Positions 12,086 through 23,819 of a stretch of DNA of 64,000 nucleotides are shown piece after piece. The notes beneath the pieces were generated by a model. It was not told the DNA's origin. It did not search any database and saw only the letters and a list, made by a program, of their open reading frames with translations. Each line of letters starts with the position of its first letter. The first letter of the stretch is position 1. The stretch lies in NCBI RefSeq assembly GCF_006345805.1, contig NC_042998.1, positions 105,152,001 to 105,216,000 of the forward strand. The letters are read 5' to 3'. The DNA is from Octopus sinensis. Its lineage: Eukaryota. The position numbers were made by a program, and so were the translations under genes.

Positions 12086-13670
12086 TATATATACAAACTT
12101 AACATATGTATGTATATATGAGTATATATATATATATATATATGTACAAATCTTCATTTTTGTATATGGTTTGTAAGATTTCTGATGTGAATTCATGTGT
12201 TGAAACAAATCTTGTTGTGTCTTCAGAGGGTTATTACACCAAAATAATTAACACACACACACCGGTTCAATATCACTTCTTCATTGTTAGTCAATTGGTT
12301 AGATATCTAAACAACTAACTAATCAATCATTTGTATGTGTTGGTCAAAAAATCAATTGGTTGTTTGTTTTGTCAAAATCCTTTTCTCACTATTCAATGCA
12401 TGTGCATGCATTGGCCATCCAAGGTCCCTTTAAGGGTTCAGCCTTTTGTTCAAGGTCAGTTCAATTTCAGATCTTCTGGGATTTGCTTGCCATCCCGTAA
12501 AGATTTGCAGATGTAGTTCCTCATGTAGGGAGCCCCACCTCTCACTCACCCATCCTCCCCACAAGATGATGATGATGATGATGATATACAATTTTAAAAG
12601 AGTTATAATGGTTGGTAGATATTTATGCAGTTCACAAATTTGCAGCCATCTGGTTCACCAGACCTCAGTCAAATCATCCAACCCATGCTAGCATGGAAAG
12701 CGGATGTTAAACGATGATGATGAGGATGATGATGGTGAAGTGTGTGTATTTTGCCTTCCCCTTGGATAACATCAGCAGCGTGGAGAGGGGAGGTTGGTAT
12801 GCATGGGCGACTGCTTGCTCCTATTTGTGCCCTACAACCTTACTCCTACTTCGGCCAAGGAGGGGAACTTTCTAGGTGCAATCCCAAGGTCATTCATGAC
12901 CGAAGGCAGTTTTTTAAACTATAATATATAGTACGTAATATATACATATATAAACATATATATATATATAAAATTCTATAATTATGAGTATAATTATAAT
13001 TAGGGTTCAGCAAAAATTTGCTTCACCACATATATATATATATGAATGTGTGGATGTGCATGTATGAATATGTATCTGTGTCTGAATGAGTTGAATGAGT
13101 GAGAGAGTAGTGCATGTCACCAAAGTGATGCTGGAGTACAAATATATGAAGCCCAATATACCCATCATGACTACCTGTCTGATAAGGGTACACCAAACAC
13201 ATGTATTAAAACTACAAGTGCATGACATGGGGACTTCATAACAGGATAAACATCACATGACCTTGCAGAGGGTTTCCCTAGTTAGAATTTTCTTCGGGTC
13301 AAGTAGACCATCCCACTCAAAAGGTTCCTGAATAAGGGTTGTTTAAGGATGATATTATCATCCTTAAACTCAGAGGTGAATAATTCAAACTCCAAAGAAT
13401 TTTTCTCAGTATATGACTTTGGTGCTCCCCCACATGATCAGAGATGCACTAAGGTCAAGCAACTGAAAAGCAGTATTGAGCAGAATATTTGCTGTAGCCC
13501 ATCTTTTACACCAAGACAAAACATGTATATGATAATACTTCCAATCTGTTAAGATCAGAAGCCATGAGAGCCATTGCCTGATACTGCATTAGGACACATA
13601 TATATGAGTGCATATGTGAATGTAAGTATGAATGTATGTATCAATATTTTTATGTTTCTTTATATCTGTG

Positions 13671-13716
<46 letters not shown>

Positions 13717-14079
13717 AATGTATGTGTGTATGTATATGCATGTATAAATATATCTCTATGAGTGAAAATGTGTATGTATGTGTCGATATTAAATATTTAA
13801 GGAGAGAATGTATTAGACTATAAATTCAAACCTTGTGAAGCATTTTTATTTTATTTTTAATCTGGATAATATATTCAGATTATGAGAGTCAATGGAAAGA
13901 ATGGCAGAATCTTGTTAGTGTTTTAAACGATGCTGAGAGGCCATATTTTATTAGATTATTGCTTTTTCTGGTGTGTTTGAGGCTTTGCTTTGAAAGTACT
14001 TTTATAAAAATTTTATATTGTGTGCATATCTATAGGCATATGATAGCAAACTTCTCAATCAGATCACCAGGCCTCTTCC

Positions 14080-14148
<69 letters not shown>

Positions 14149-14164
14149 TATATAAATGTATATA

Positions 14165-14221
<57 letters not shown>

Positions 14222-14368
14222 GTATATATATACATAAACACACACACACACACACATTAATATTAATATTAGGGAAGTTATTTCCGAGTCCACAGGGGAG
14301 AGAAATTCAATTTAGTGGTACTAAAATGAATTAACATCTATATATATATGTATTATATACATATATAT

Positions 14369-15276
14369 AGATAGGTTTAAGAGACAGAATCACTCTCAAG
14401 CAACTCAATCATCATTGAATGGCATTATCTACGATAGGTACATATAGGACGAAATATAAAAAAATTATTAAAATTCATATCTACAATTCTTATTCTAAAT
14501 GATATACATTATATTATATAAACTATGTGCGTTTCATGACAACATATTCCTTGATATTGCTGAAATAGTAAGTCTCAAAATACAATATTATATTAAAACA
14601 ATTAGCCAATCTTCAGGTCTAGATTATATGAACTTCTTTTGCTATTTACATCCTATATAAAGACATGACAAACTAAAACTATATAACTAGAAGTTAACGG
14701 AATAATTTTACTTTAGTAAATAAGGAACAGAAATGTGGAATAAAAATAGGAAAAAGAAACGTTAGGAAAAAGAAATATTAACTTATTTGTATAGTAATTT
14801 TCTCTCCGTGAATAAAACATGGCTACCAAATGACAGTCGTATAATCCAACATTGAGTACTACTGTATAGGGGCAATAATTCCTTTTAACATTTTTATTTT
14901 TATTCCACATTTCTGTTCCTTATTTGCTAATGTAAAATTATTCCGACAACTTCTAGTTATATAATTTTAGTTTGTCATGTCTTTATATAGGATGTAAATA
15001 GCAAAAGAAGTTCATATAATCTAGACCTGAAGATTGGCAATATAATCTTTTTAATATGGTATTGTATTTCGAGACTTGCTATTTCAGCAATATCAAGGAA
15101 TATGTTGTCATGGAACACGCATAGTTTATATAATGTAATGTATATGATTTACAATAAGAATTGTAGATATTAATTTTAATAATTTTTAATATTTAATCTA
15201 TATGTACCTATCGTAGATAATGTCATTCAATGATGATTGAGTTGCTTTAGAGTGATTCTGTCTCTTAAACCTATCT
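14369..15276. mobile_element. Long fold-back element (family HH-c): ~380-bp inverted arms, ~146-bp spacer, decayed hammerhead motif in each arm
   Basis: Arms 14369-14748 and 14895-15276 are highly similar reverse complements. CTGAAGA and GAAAC-GCAC-ATA (minus, 14621-14519) and CTGAAGA and GGAAC-ACGC-ATA (plus, 15022-15128). Confidence 0.8.
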
Positions 15277-15291
15277 CTCTCTCTCTCTCTG

Positions 15292-15322
<31 letters not shown>

Positions 15323-15419
15323 ATACATATATACATGTATATATGTATATATGTGTATATATATATGCATATATACATATATATATGTATATGTGTATAT
15401 CATCATATATATATATATT

Positions 15420-15604
15420 TATCACTGGTGAAGGCCTCTTTATAGGGTTACCTTGGGTTTCTCTATAAAGCGTACCTTTATGGTGTATCATCAGACCCTA
15501 AGACTTGTTGGTCAACAAGTCTTAGGCTCTGATGATACACCATAAATAGTATCTTTGTGGGAAAGACCCAGGGTAACTCTATAAACAGGCCTTCACCAGT
15601 GATA
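15420..15604. repeat. 185-bp palindrome (2-nt loop) made of two opposed hammerhead-like units (family HH-d)
   Basis: 15420-15510 pairs with 15513-15604. The inner ~36 bp has one mismatch. Confidence 0.85.
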
Positions 15605-15694
15605 GATATAGACTGCTCTACTTCTTAGAGTGTGCTTCTCAGCTTTTATATTTTTCTAAAAAAACGATATATATACATATATATATACACGCAC

Positions 15695-15850
15695 ACACAG
15701 GCTTCTTTCAGTCTCCATCAACCATATTCCTTCCAAAAGGCATTGGTCAGCCCATAACTATAGCAGAAGGCACTTGCCCAAAGTTCTGTACAGTGAGGAT
15801 TGAACCTGAGCCATGCAGTTATGAAGCAAACTTCTTAACCACACCTCTGT
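15695..15850 (-). mobile_element. SINE family A head, diverged
   Basis: CAGGCTTCTTTCAGT...CACTTGCCCAA...TGAACCTGAG...TTAACCACAC. Similar heads at 20345-20500, 27095-27235 and 26280-26385 (plus). Confidence 0.6.
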
Positions 15851-16409
15851 GTCTGATTATGAATATATTTATGTATCAATTTCTCTCTCTAACCCCCACC
15901 CCTTGCTCTTTCTGTGAATCACTTTATTTTTGCTGCTGACAAAGCATCTTCTTTACATATAGATGTCAGCTAGTCTTTATAGATAAGAAATTTCTCTTGC
16001 ATCTCTTTTGATTTATTATTTCTATATTAGATAAAATCTATTAAATACTGTTCTAAATGAAAAATTATGATTTAAGATTTTATGATATTTAAAACCCATA
16101 TGATGAGGCATTCCCGTAATGCAATGGCTTAGCATTAATAGTCATCTCAGATTATTTAGTTAAGAATACTAGAAGATTCCCATTAGTCTTTCTCTTTCAT
16201 TCTTTGTGGCTTATTTTAGCAAAAGCATTGTGAAGGATTTCATTTCGGTTTATCAATGAGTTCACCATAAATCAAGTGTTTGATAGAAGATGTCAGAAGG
16301 AATATATTTTTGCACACCTACATTCACACAAATATGGCTATGATAAATTGACATGTGGTCTTGAGAGTAGGTATAATAGGAATAATGATTTTTTAATGAA
16401 GCTGTTCTT

Positions 16410-16790
16410 GGTGATGATGATGATGATGACGATGACGACAACAACAATAACAATGATGATGATAATGATGACAATGACAATGAAGATGATGATGATGATG
16501 ACGATGACAACGATAATGATGAAGATGATGATAAGGATGAGCAGGCGGAGGAGAAGGTGGAGGAGGACAAGGACGAGGAGAACGAGGAGGACAAGGAGAT
16601 CAAGAAGGAGGATGAGGAGGATGAGGAGGAGGAGGGGGGTGGTAATGATGATGATGATGAACAGGAGGAGGAAGAAGAAGAGGAGGTTGATGAAGAAGAA
16701 GAAGAAGAACAACAACAACAACAACAAGAGATGGGAGTAGCAGAGATAGAGTGAGGTAATGGCAATGATGATGATGATGATGATGTAGTA
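16410..16790. repeat. Mosaic trinucleotide low-complexity tract (GAT/GAC/GAG/GAA/CAA)
   Basis: Continuous 3-nt periodicity with a drifting unit. Confidence 0.85.
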
Positions 16791-17357
16791 TTACATAAGT
16801 AGTGTATAGTTCTTGTCCTTTTGTACATTTTTGTTCAGTTTGTCCCTTTTTAAGACAGTTAATTCTGAGTTGAGGGATATTTGTTTGCTATTGCTAACAG
16901 GTCAATTGACCACACAGAGGCTTTTTCATTGGTTTTGCCACTGTAGAATTAAATTATGGTCAAATACGAGAAAGAGTAAAGAAATAAACATTTGAATATT
17001 TCAGTTAAGAGACACATGGAGATGCTGTTATGTGTAATCAACACTGTATACTCAGAAGGGAATTCATATTGATAAGTGGTGGGCAGGGATGGGCTAAATA
17101 TTCTTAATTAATTCAAATTATGCCTACAGTAAGATGGAAAAGATCATGAGCTTTACTAATTAATTCTGACCAAGAAAGATAAAGGGTATTAAGCTGCAGT
17201 CTAAATTAAATGTGTATATTTATGTGAACAAAGTATCGCATTAAACAACAGTCTTTCATAATTTTAGTAACACAAAAGTATTGTTAATGCTCTACAAATC
17301 TTCAATTCTGTTCACAGCTAGACAAGTAATTTTTTGCTTAATATTCATTAATTAGAA

Positions 17358-17525
17358 GGCAGCGAGCTGTCAGAAATGTTAGCCTGCCAGGCAAAATGCT
17401 TAGCAGTATTTCATCTGTCTTTATGTTCTGAGTTCAAATTCCTCCAGTTGCATACTGGGAATCGATCCAATCGACTGACCCCCTCCCGCCAAATTTCTGG
17501 TCTTGTGCCTAGAGTAGAATAGAAT
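17358..17525 (+). mobile_element. tRNA-derived SINE family B (Meta-domain-like), with internal deletion
   Basis: GGCAGCGAGCTGTCAGAAATGTTAG head and GAGTTCAAATTCC B box. Collinear with the other B copies. Confidence 0.75.
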
Positions 17526-18009
17526 ATTCATTAGTTACACAGCAGCAAGCAGGCAGTATTGTCAGCATGCTGGACAAAGTGCTGAGTGGCATTTTATCCA
17601 TATTCATGTTCTGATTTAAAATTCGATGCAGTCATTCATCCTTTCAGTGTTGATAAAATAATTACCAGTCAAGCATTGGGGCTGATAAAATTCCTAGCAT
17701 TGTGCCAAAACTTGATACAAAAATTTAGTTGTAATGAGACGACTTGCTTCAGTCATTGGACAGCAGCCATGCTAGGGCACTACCTTGAAGGTTTTTTAGT
17801 TGAATGCATCAACCTCAGTACATATTTTTAAAACCTAATACTTATTCTATCAGTCTCTTTGACCAAACTGCTAAGTTACTAGAATACAAACAAGCCGACA
17901 CCGATTGTCATGTAGTGATGAGGTACAAATGCAAACACAAACACACACATATGTATATACATATATACACATATATATGTATATATGTGTGTGGGGATTA
18001 CGTATGTGT

Positions 18010-18780
18010 ATATCATCATCATCATCGTCATCGTCGTTTAACATCCACTTTCCATGCTGGCATGGGGTGGATGGTTTGACTGGAGGAATGCTGCACCAGG
18101 CTCCAATCCAACCGGGCAAAGTTTTTACAGCTGGACACGTTTCCTAGCGCCAACCACTCCGAGAGTGCAGTGGGTGCTTTTTTCATGCCACCAACATGAG
18201 GGCCAGTCAGGCGGTACTGGCATCGACCATGCTCGAATGGTGCTTTTTAGGTGTCACTGACATGGGAGCCAGTCAGGCAGTACTGGCAACAATCATGCTT
18301 GAATGGTGCTTTTTACATGCTACAGGCACAGGACCAGTCAGGTGACACTGACATTGACCACACTCAAATGGTGCTTTTTACATGCCACCGGTATGGGTGC
18401 CAATCAGACAGTACTGTTATTGGTCATGACAATGACTTAACTTGCCTCAACAGGTCTTTGCAAGTGCAGTTTATTGCCCAATGATTGAAGGGTACTCTTA
18501 AATGGGCTGGTTATGCTGCCCTGGCATAGGCCACGGTTATGGTCTCACTTGGCTGGTTGGGTCTTCTCAAGCACAGCATATCTCCAAAGGTCTTGGTCAC
18601 TTGTCATTGCCTCGGTGAGGCCCAAAATTTGAAGGTCATGCTTCACCATCTCATCCCAAGGCTTCCTTCAACTGCTAGGGCTGATACTTTGTCAGAGAGC
18701 TGTCCTCATCCATACACAACACATTACCATACCAGCGCAGTTGTCTCTCTTGCATACCACATCTGATGCTTATATATGAT
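18010..18780 (-). mobile_element. RTE LINE 3' end (ORF C-terminus, 66-bp array, tail)
   Basis: Minus-strand IRCGMQERQLRWYGNVLCMDEDS (ORF 18675-18989), then array units and the (GAT)n tail. Confidence 0.8.
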
Positions 18781-19033
18781 AATGATGATATATATATATA
18801 TATATATAAGTATGTATGTATGTATGTTTGTATATACTTTACTAAACAGTTTTGTTTAGAATGGAACAAAAATTGTTCCATTCTAAACAAAACTGTCCAA
18901 CAAACAGGAATGTGAAACTCTGAGTAACAGTTTTTGAGATATTTTTGCTGCTTTTTAATAAAGCATATTACTCTACCTCTGATATTCAAGTACTATTTTT
19001 TCCACCTTGTTTCGCATTGATGTGCTTACTCTG

Positions 19034-19097
<64 letters not shown>

Positions 19098-19387
19098 CAT
19101 ATATGTATGTTTTAGAAGAAAGTGTTTGATGAGTATAGAACAGTAATAAGAAAGAGATGATGCAGGACAGTCAATGGATGCATTATGAACTTCATTAGCT
19201 TATGCCCACTCCTGCTATAAGATGCAGTTAACTCATAGCTGAATGCCTGAATAATATCTACAGCTTCATTGGAGCCTCATATATAAAATGCAGTTTATTG
19301 GAAATAAACGAATTACATTTGTGCAATATACAGGGAAGACAATACCTGTGGGAAAGTCATTACTGATGTATATGCATCAGTAATGAC

Positions 19388-19463
<76 letters not shown>

Positions 19464-19569
19464 ACATATATGTATATATGTATATATAATATAAATAATA
19501 TATAAACATAAGCATATATACATACATATATGTACATACGTACATATATATATATATATGCATATATAC

Positions 19570-19871
19570 ATGCATATATGGGTACAGGACATCAAAAAAA
19601 ACTTGAACACAATGAGAAACGAAAACATAAAAACAAAAATGTAGAAACGAACTTTTTTTCAGACAACGAAAAAACAAACAGAGAAATGAGACATACAACA
19701 TAAAGAACATTCCCCTTCTTCAGTTGTCCCTGTTTCAACTACTACACATTTTGAAGGCAAGGACAAGGCATGACTTCATTGAAACAGTCCTTCCTGCAAA
19801 GCAAATTAAATAAAATTTTTCGTTTCTCATTGTGTTCAACGTTTTTCTGATGTCCTGTACCCATATATGCA
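19570..19871. mobile_element. Fold-back mini-element with ~55-bp terminal inverted repeats; same family as 31500-31725
   Basis: TGCATATATGGGTACAGGACATCA..TTGAACACAATGAGAAACGAAAA at 19570-19625 is inverted at 19817-19871. Embedded in (TA)-rich repeats. Confidence 0.7.
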
Positions 19872-19983
19872 TGTATATATATATATGTAGGTATGTACAT
19901 ATATGTATGTATATATGCATATATTTATACAATATTTATATCATTGTATGATCAAATGCCACGCATCCTTTTCCAAGTAAGTT

Positions 19984-20049
<66 letters not shown>

Positions 20050-20059
20050 GTCTATCTAC

Positions 20060-20091
<32 letters not shown>

Positions 20092-20218
20092 ATATATATA
20101 TATATATATATATGGGGAAGACCAGTTTATGGGATTACTGGCCTTCCACATTTTTTATATATACTGCTCTACATCTTAGAGTGTGCTTCTTCTTTCGGAT
20201 TTATGTTTTTTACAAAAG

Positions 20219-20257
<39 letters not shown>

Positions 20258-20261
20258 ACAC

Positions 20262-20333
<72 letters not shown>

Positions 20334-21039
20334 ATATATAATAGATGCTTTTTTTTCTATTTCCATCTACCAAATTCCCTTACAAGGCTTTGATCCACCT
20401 GAGGTTATACTAGAAGATAATTACTCAAAGTGCCATGCAGTGGGAATGAACACATTACTATGTGGTCGAAACGTAAACTTTTTACCACACAGCCATGACT
20501 GTGTGTATGGTAAGTTAAATGTCTCTATTCCAAGTGAATATTAGAAATGTAAGAGAGACCAAAAATCATAAGAGAACCAGTGGTCCAATACTGTGAGTTA
20601 TTATTAGGACATATTCGTTAGTGTGATGATATAATTAATTGCTTTATCCTGTTATCTATTTATGAATGGGGAACTTATAAGCTGTGATATCCATATATTT
20701 CCTGATCACATTGACACTGTTGAGGAAACCATATCAAGATCCCGATAAAAATTAAGTACATCTCATAAACAAGGCTGCATTTAAACACTAATATAATGTT
20801 AAATGTTATATATAACACTCTTTACAGAACAGAGGTAGCTCTGTATGTAGTTTCATCCAGTTAAAAACAGCAGTCAAATTACCCTTAAATCAAACCTTAC
20901 TGTTTTAGGAAAGATGATATCTAAGATTACATTGGATTATGTAGTCTTAGATCCATGATGCCTGACAAAGAAAGAAGGGAAAAAGATATAGAGTAATGAC
21001 TAATGCATGTTTGATCATAGGAGTGACCAAAGCCAAAAT

Positions 21040-21470
21040 AAGAGTAATAATATTGGCCTTAAATTTTGGCACAAGGCCAGCAATTTGGGGGGAGGGCGTA
21101 AGTTGATTACCTCGAACCCAGTGCTCAACTGGGTTTATTTTATCAACCATGAAAGAATGAGAGGCAAAGTCGACCTCGGCAGACTTTGAACTCAGAATGT
21201 AAAGTTGAATGTGATGCCACTAAGCATTTTGCATGGCATGCTAAAGAGCACTAATAATATTGGGTTCAAATGTTGGCACAAGGCCAGCAATTTTGAGGGA
21301 GGGGAAAATCGATTAAATAGACCCCTGTGATCAACTAGTACTTATTTGATCGACCTTGAAAGGATGAAAATCAAAGACAAACCTGGCAGCATTTGAACCC
21401 AGAACATAGTGCTACTAAGAAAAATGCTTAGCCGTGTGCTAACGATTCTGCCAGCTCTCTGCCTTAAGAG
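21040..21470 (-). mobile_element. Two tandem SINE family B copies
   Basis: Both contain GGCAAAGTCGACCTCGGC/GACAAACCTGGC, TTTGAACTCAGAA and GCACAAGGCCAGCAATTTT segments. Confidence 0.8.
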
Positions 21471-22453
21471 CATTATATAACATTCACAATATAAATGAAT
21501 TGAAATAGATTCTTGATTCAAAACTGCAACATAGAATTAATTCTTCAAGAGCTCTCTTGTTATACCACATAACTCTGTACAAGATATAATACTATATATT
21601 ATTCTTTTCACCGTAAATTTTTAATTCCTAATATTCAGATCACTTGTCTTCTATTTCAAACACTAAAAATAACAGTTGCATCAAATTTTATTTTACAAAT
21701 AAAACTACATTTATACTTTAAATACAGTTATAAATACTTGGGAATACAACAGTTAAGATTATCTATGGAAGGAAGAAATACAAATGAATTAAAATTTTTA
21801 TCACTTAAACAAAAAGCCAAATACAAAAATACAGTTAGACAAAAAATAGATAACTACTACAGTAGGTAATAAAAACATTGAATCTTTCGATGTAATAAAA
21901 TCTTTATCATTCTTCAAGCATCATTTCATTGTATTTAATTTTCTTAAATATGTCGACGTAGCAAATCTTCATCTGCTCTTCACATAATTTTGCTTGTTCT
22001 TTTTTTTTTCATTATTTTCTTCTTTCCTTCTTTCTTTCATGTTGCTGTTTTCACAGTAATACTACACAGTAAATTTTAATGACAAACAGGTTTTGTAAAC
22101 CTGAAAACTGTGATAAAAACAAAAAAGAATATTTAAATTATAGTGCTATTCATTGAACCTGGAAATGAAATCTCTAATTCTTTAAGTCAATGCCATTAGT
22201 CATTGAATAGCCTTTCTCACTAATTAACTTATTAATTAGGTTGAATAATCTGATTTTTGATTTCATCTCAACAAAATTACAAATTGTTAGGTTTTAATTT
22301 TGTTTAGTCTTTTGAAAAGCAAAATGTTCTTGTTATATTATAGGTCTATGTTTTCTTTTTATAATTTTCAAAATAATCAAAATGGTTTTCATTTATTATT
22401 TATTTTTAACTGGTGATTTTGTTCAAAATAATTAGTGGCTTGTTACTGAGGAA

Positions 22454-22487
<34 letters not shown>

Positions 22488-22944
22488 ACATGCACATATA
22501 CATATAACAACATTCTAGTAGCATCATTTACTACATTTCCTGCGCTTTCTGCCCTTCTCTGTACATCAGTCAAACAGGATGCCACTTGGCTGACCGGTTC
22601 ACAGAGCACCTCCGAGACATCAGACTCAGCAATGACACTCTGGTCTCATGCCATTTCCACTCTACCGGTCATTCACTACAACACCTATCTGTGTTCGGTT
22701 TGTCTTTGCACAGGGGCCATCCGGACTCCCGTCTTTGCTGTGAAAAGGATTTAATCTTCTCTCTTTGCACCAAATGGGCTCAACTCCCCTCCTCTCTTCA
22801 TCTGACTCCCCTCTTCTCCTCTCTTCATCTGACACCTACTTCCTCTCTTCACTCCTCCTCACCTCTCCTCTCCTCTCTTCCTCTAATACCTACTTCTTCT
22901 TTCGCTCCTAGCCACATTCTCTCTTCATATATATATTTGTGTGC

Positions 22945-22979
<35 letters not shown>

Positions 22980-23736
22980 TCTCTGTGTCTCCCACTATTG
23001 TTTGACAAAAGGAGTTTTGTTTATGTTTACATGACTTAACAGTTCAGCAAAAGATACTGATAGAATAAGTACCAGGCTTTAAAACATACAAGGGGTGATT
23101 TGTACAATTATAACCCTTCAGTGGGGTGTCCCAGTGTGGCAACAGTCCAAAGAATGAAACAGTTAAGAGTAAAGGAGTATGTGTGTGTGCGTGTGTGTGT
23201 GTGTACATCAATAAACGTAAGGGCACTAAACAGTGAAACTCAAAAATCAGCTGCCATGTTGCTTTCTGTGGTATTCTGAGGAGTTGATTCCTCCATGTGA
23301 AGTAAAGAAGGAATTGCATGGTGCATGGAAATAAATTGGTAATTGTCAATATGGCAACAATGTACTCCAAGATTTGTAATAACAATAATTGACAAAACAA
23401 TTATAAATTAAGTAATAAATACAATTTGCAAACTCCATTCTTTATGTTTTTTCATGGTATGTATATATGTATATATAGACTTCTAATATAGGATAATATT
23501 TTTTTCCCCAAAAATTCCATCTAAATGTCCAGCATATTAAAATATTTTTAAAGGTGAAAATTATAAACAACCGCAAGAGAAAATAGATTTCTATGCCAAT
23601 ATGCTGAGAATAGACTTTAAATCATCAATCACCACATTACAATATACATTCACTATGAATACACATCGTATGTATATATATATGTATGCATGTATGTATG
23701 TATGTATGTATGTATGTATGTATTATGTATGTATGC

Positions 23737-23794
<58 letters not shown>

Positions 23795-23819
23795 GTATAT
23801 ATATATATATATATATATG

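Noticed and set aside
16389-16754. 122-codon open acidic frame (poly-D/E/Q)
   Set aside because: Drifting trinucleotide mosaic, in-frame TGA just upstream and no convincing acceptor; similar tracts occur at 5450-5990 and 62860-63000
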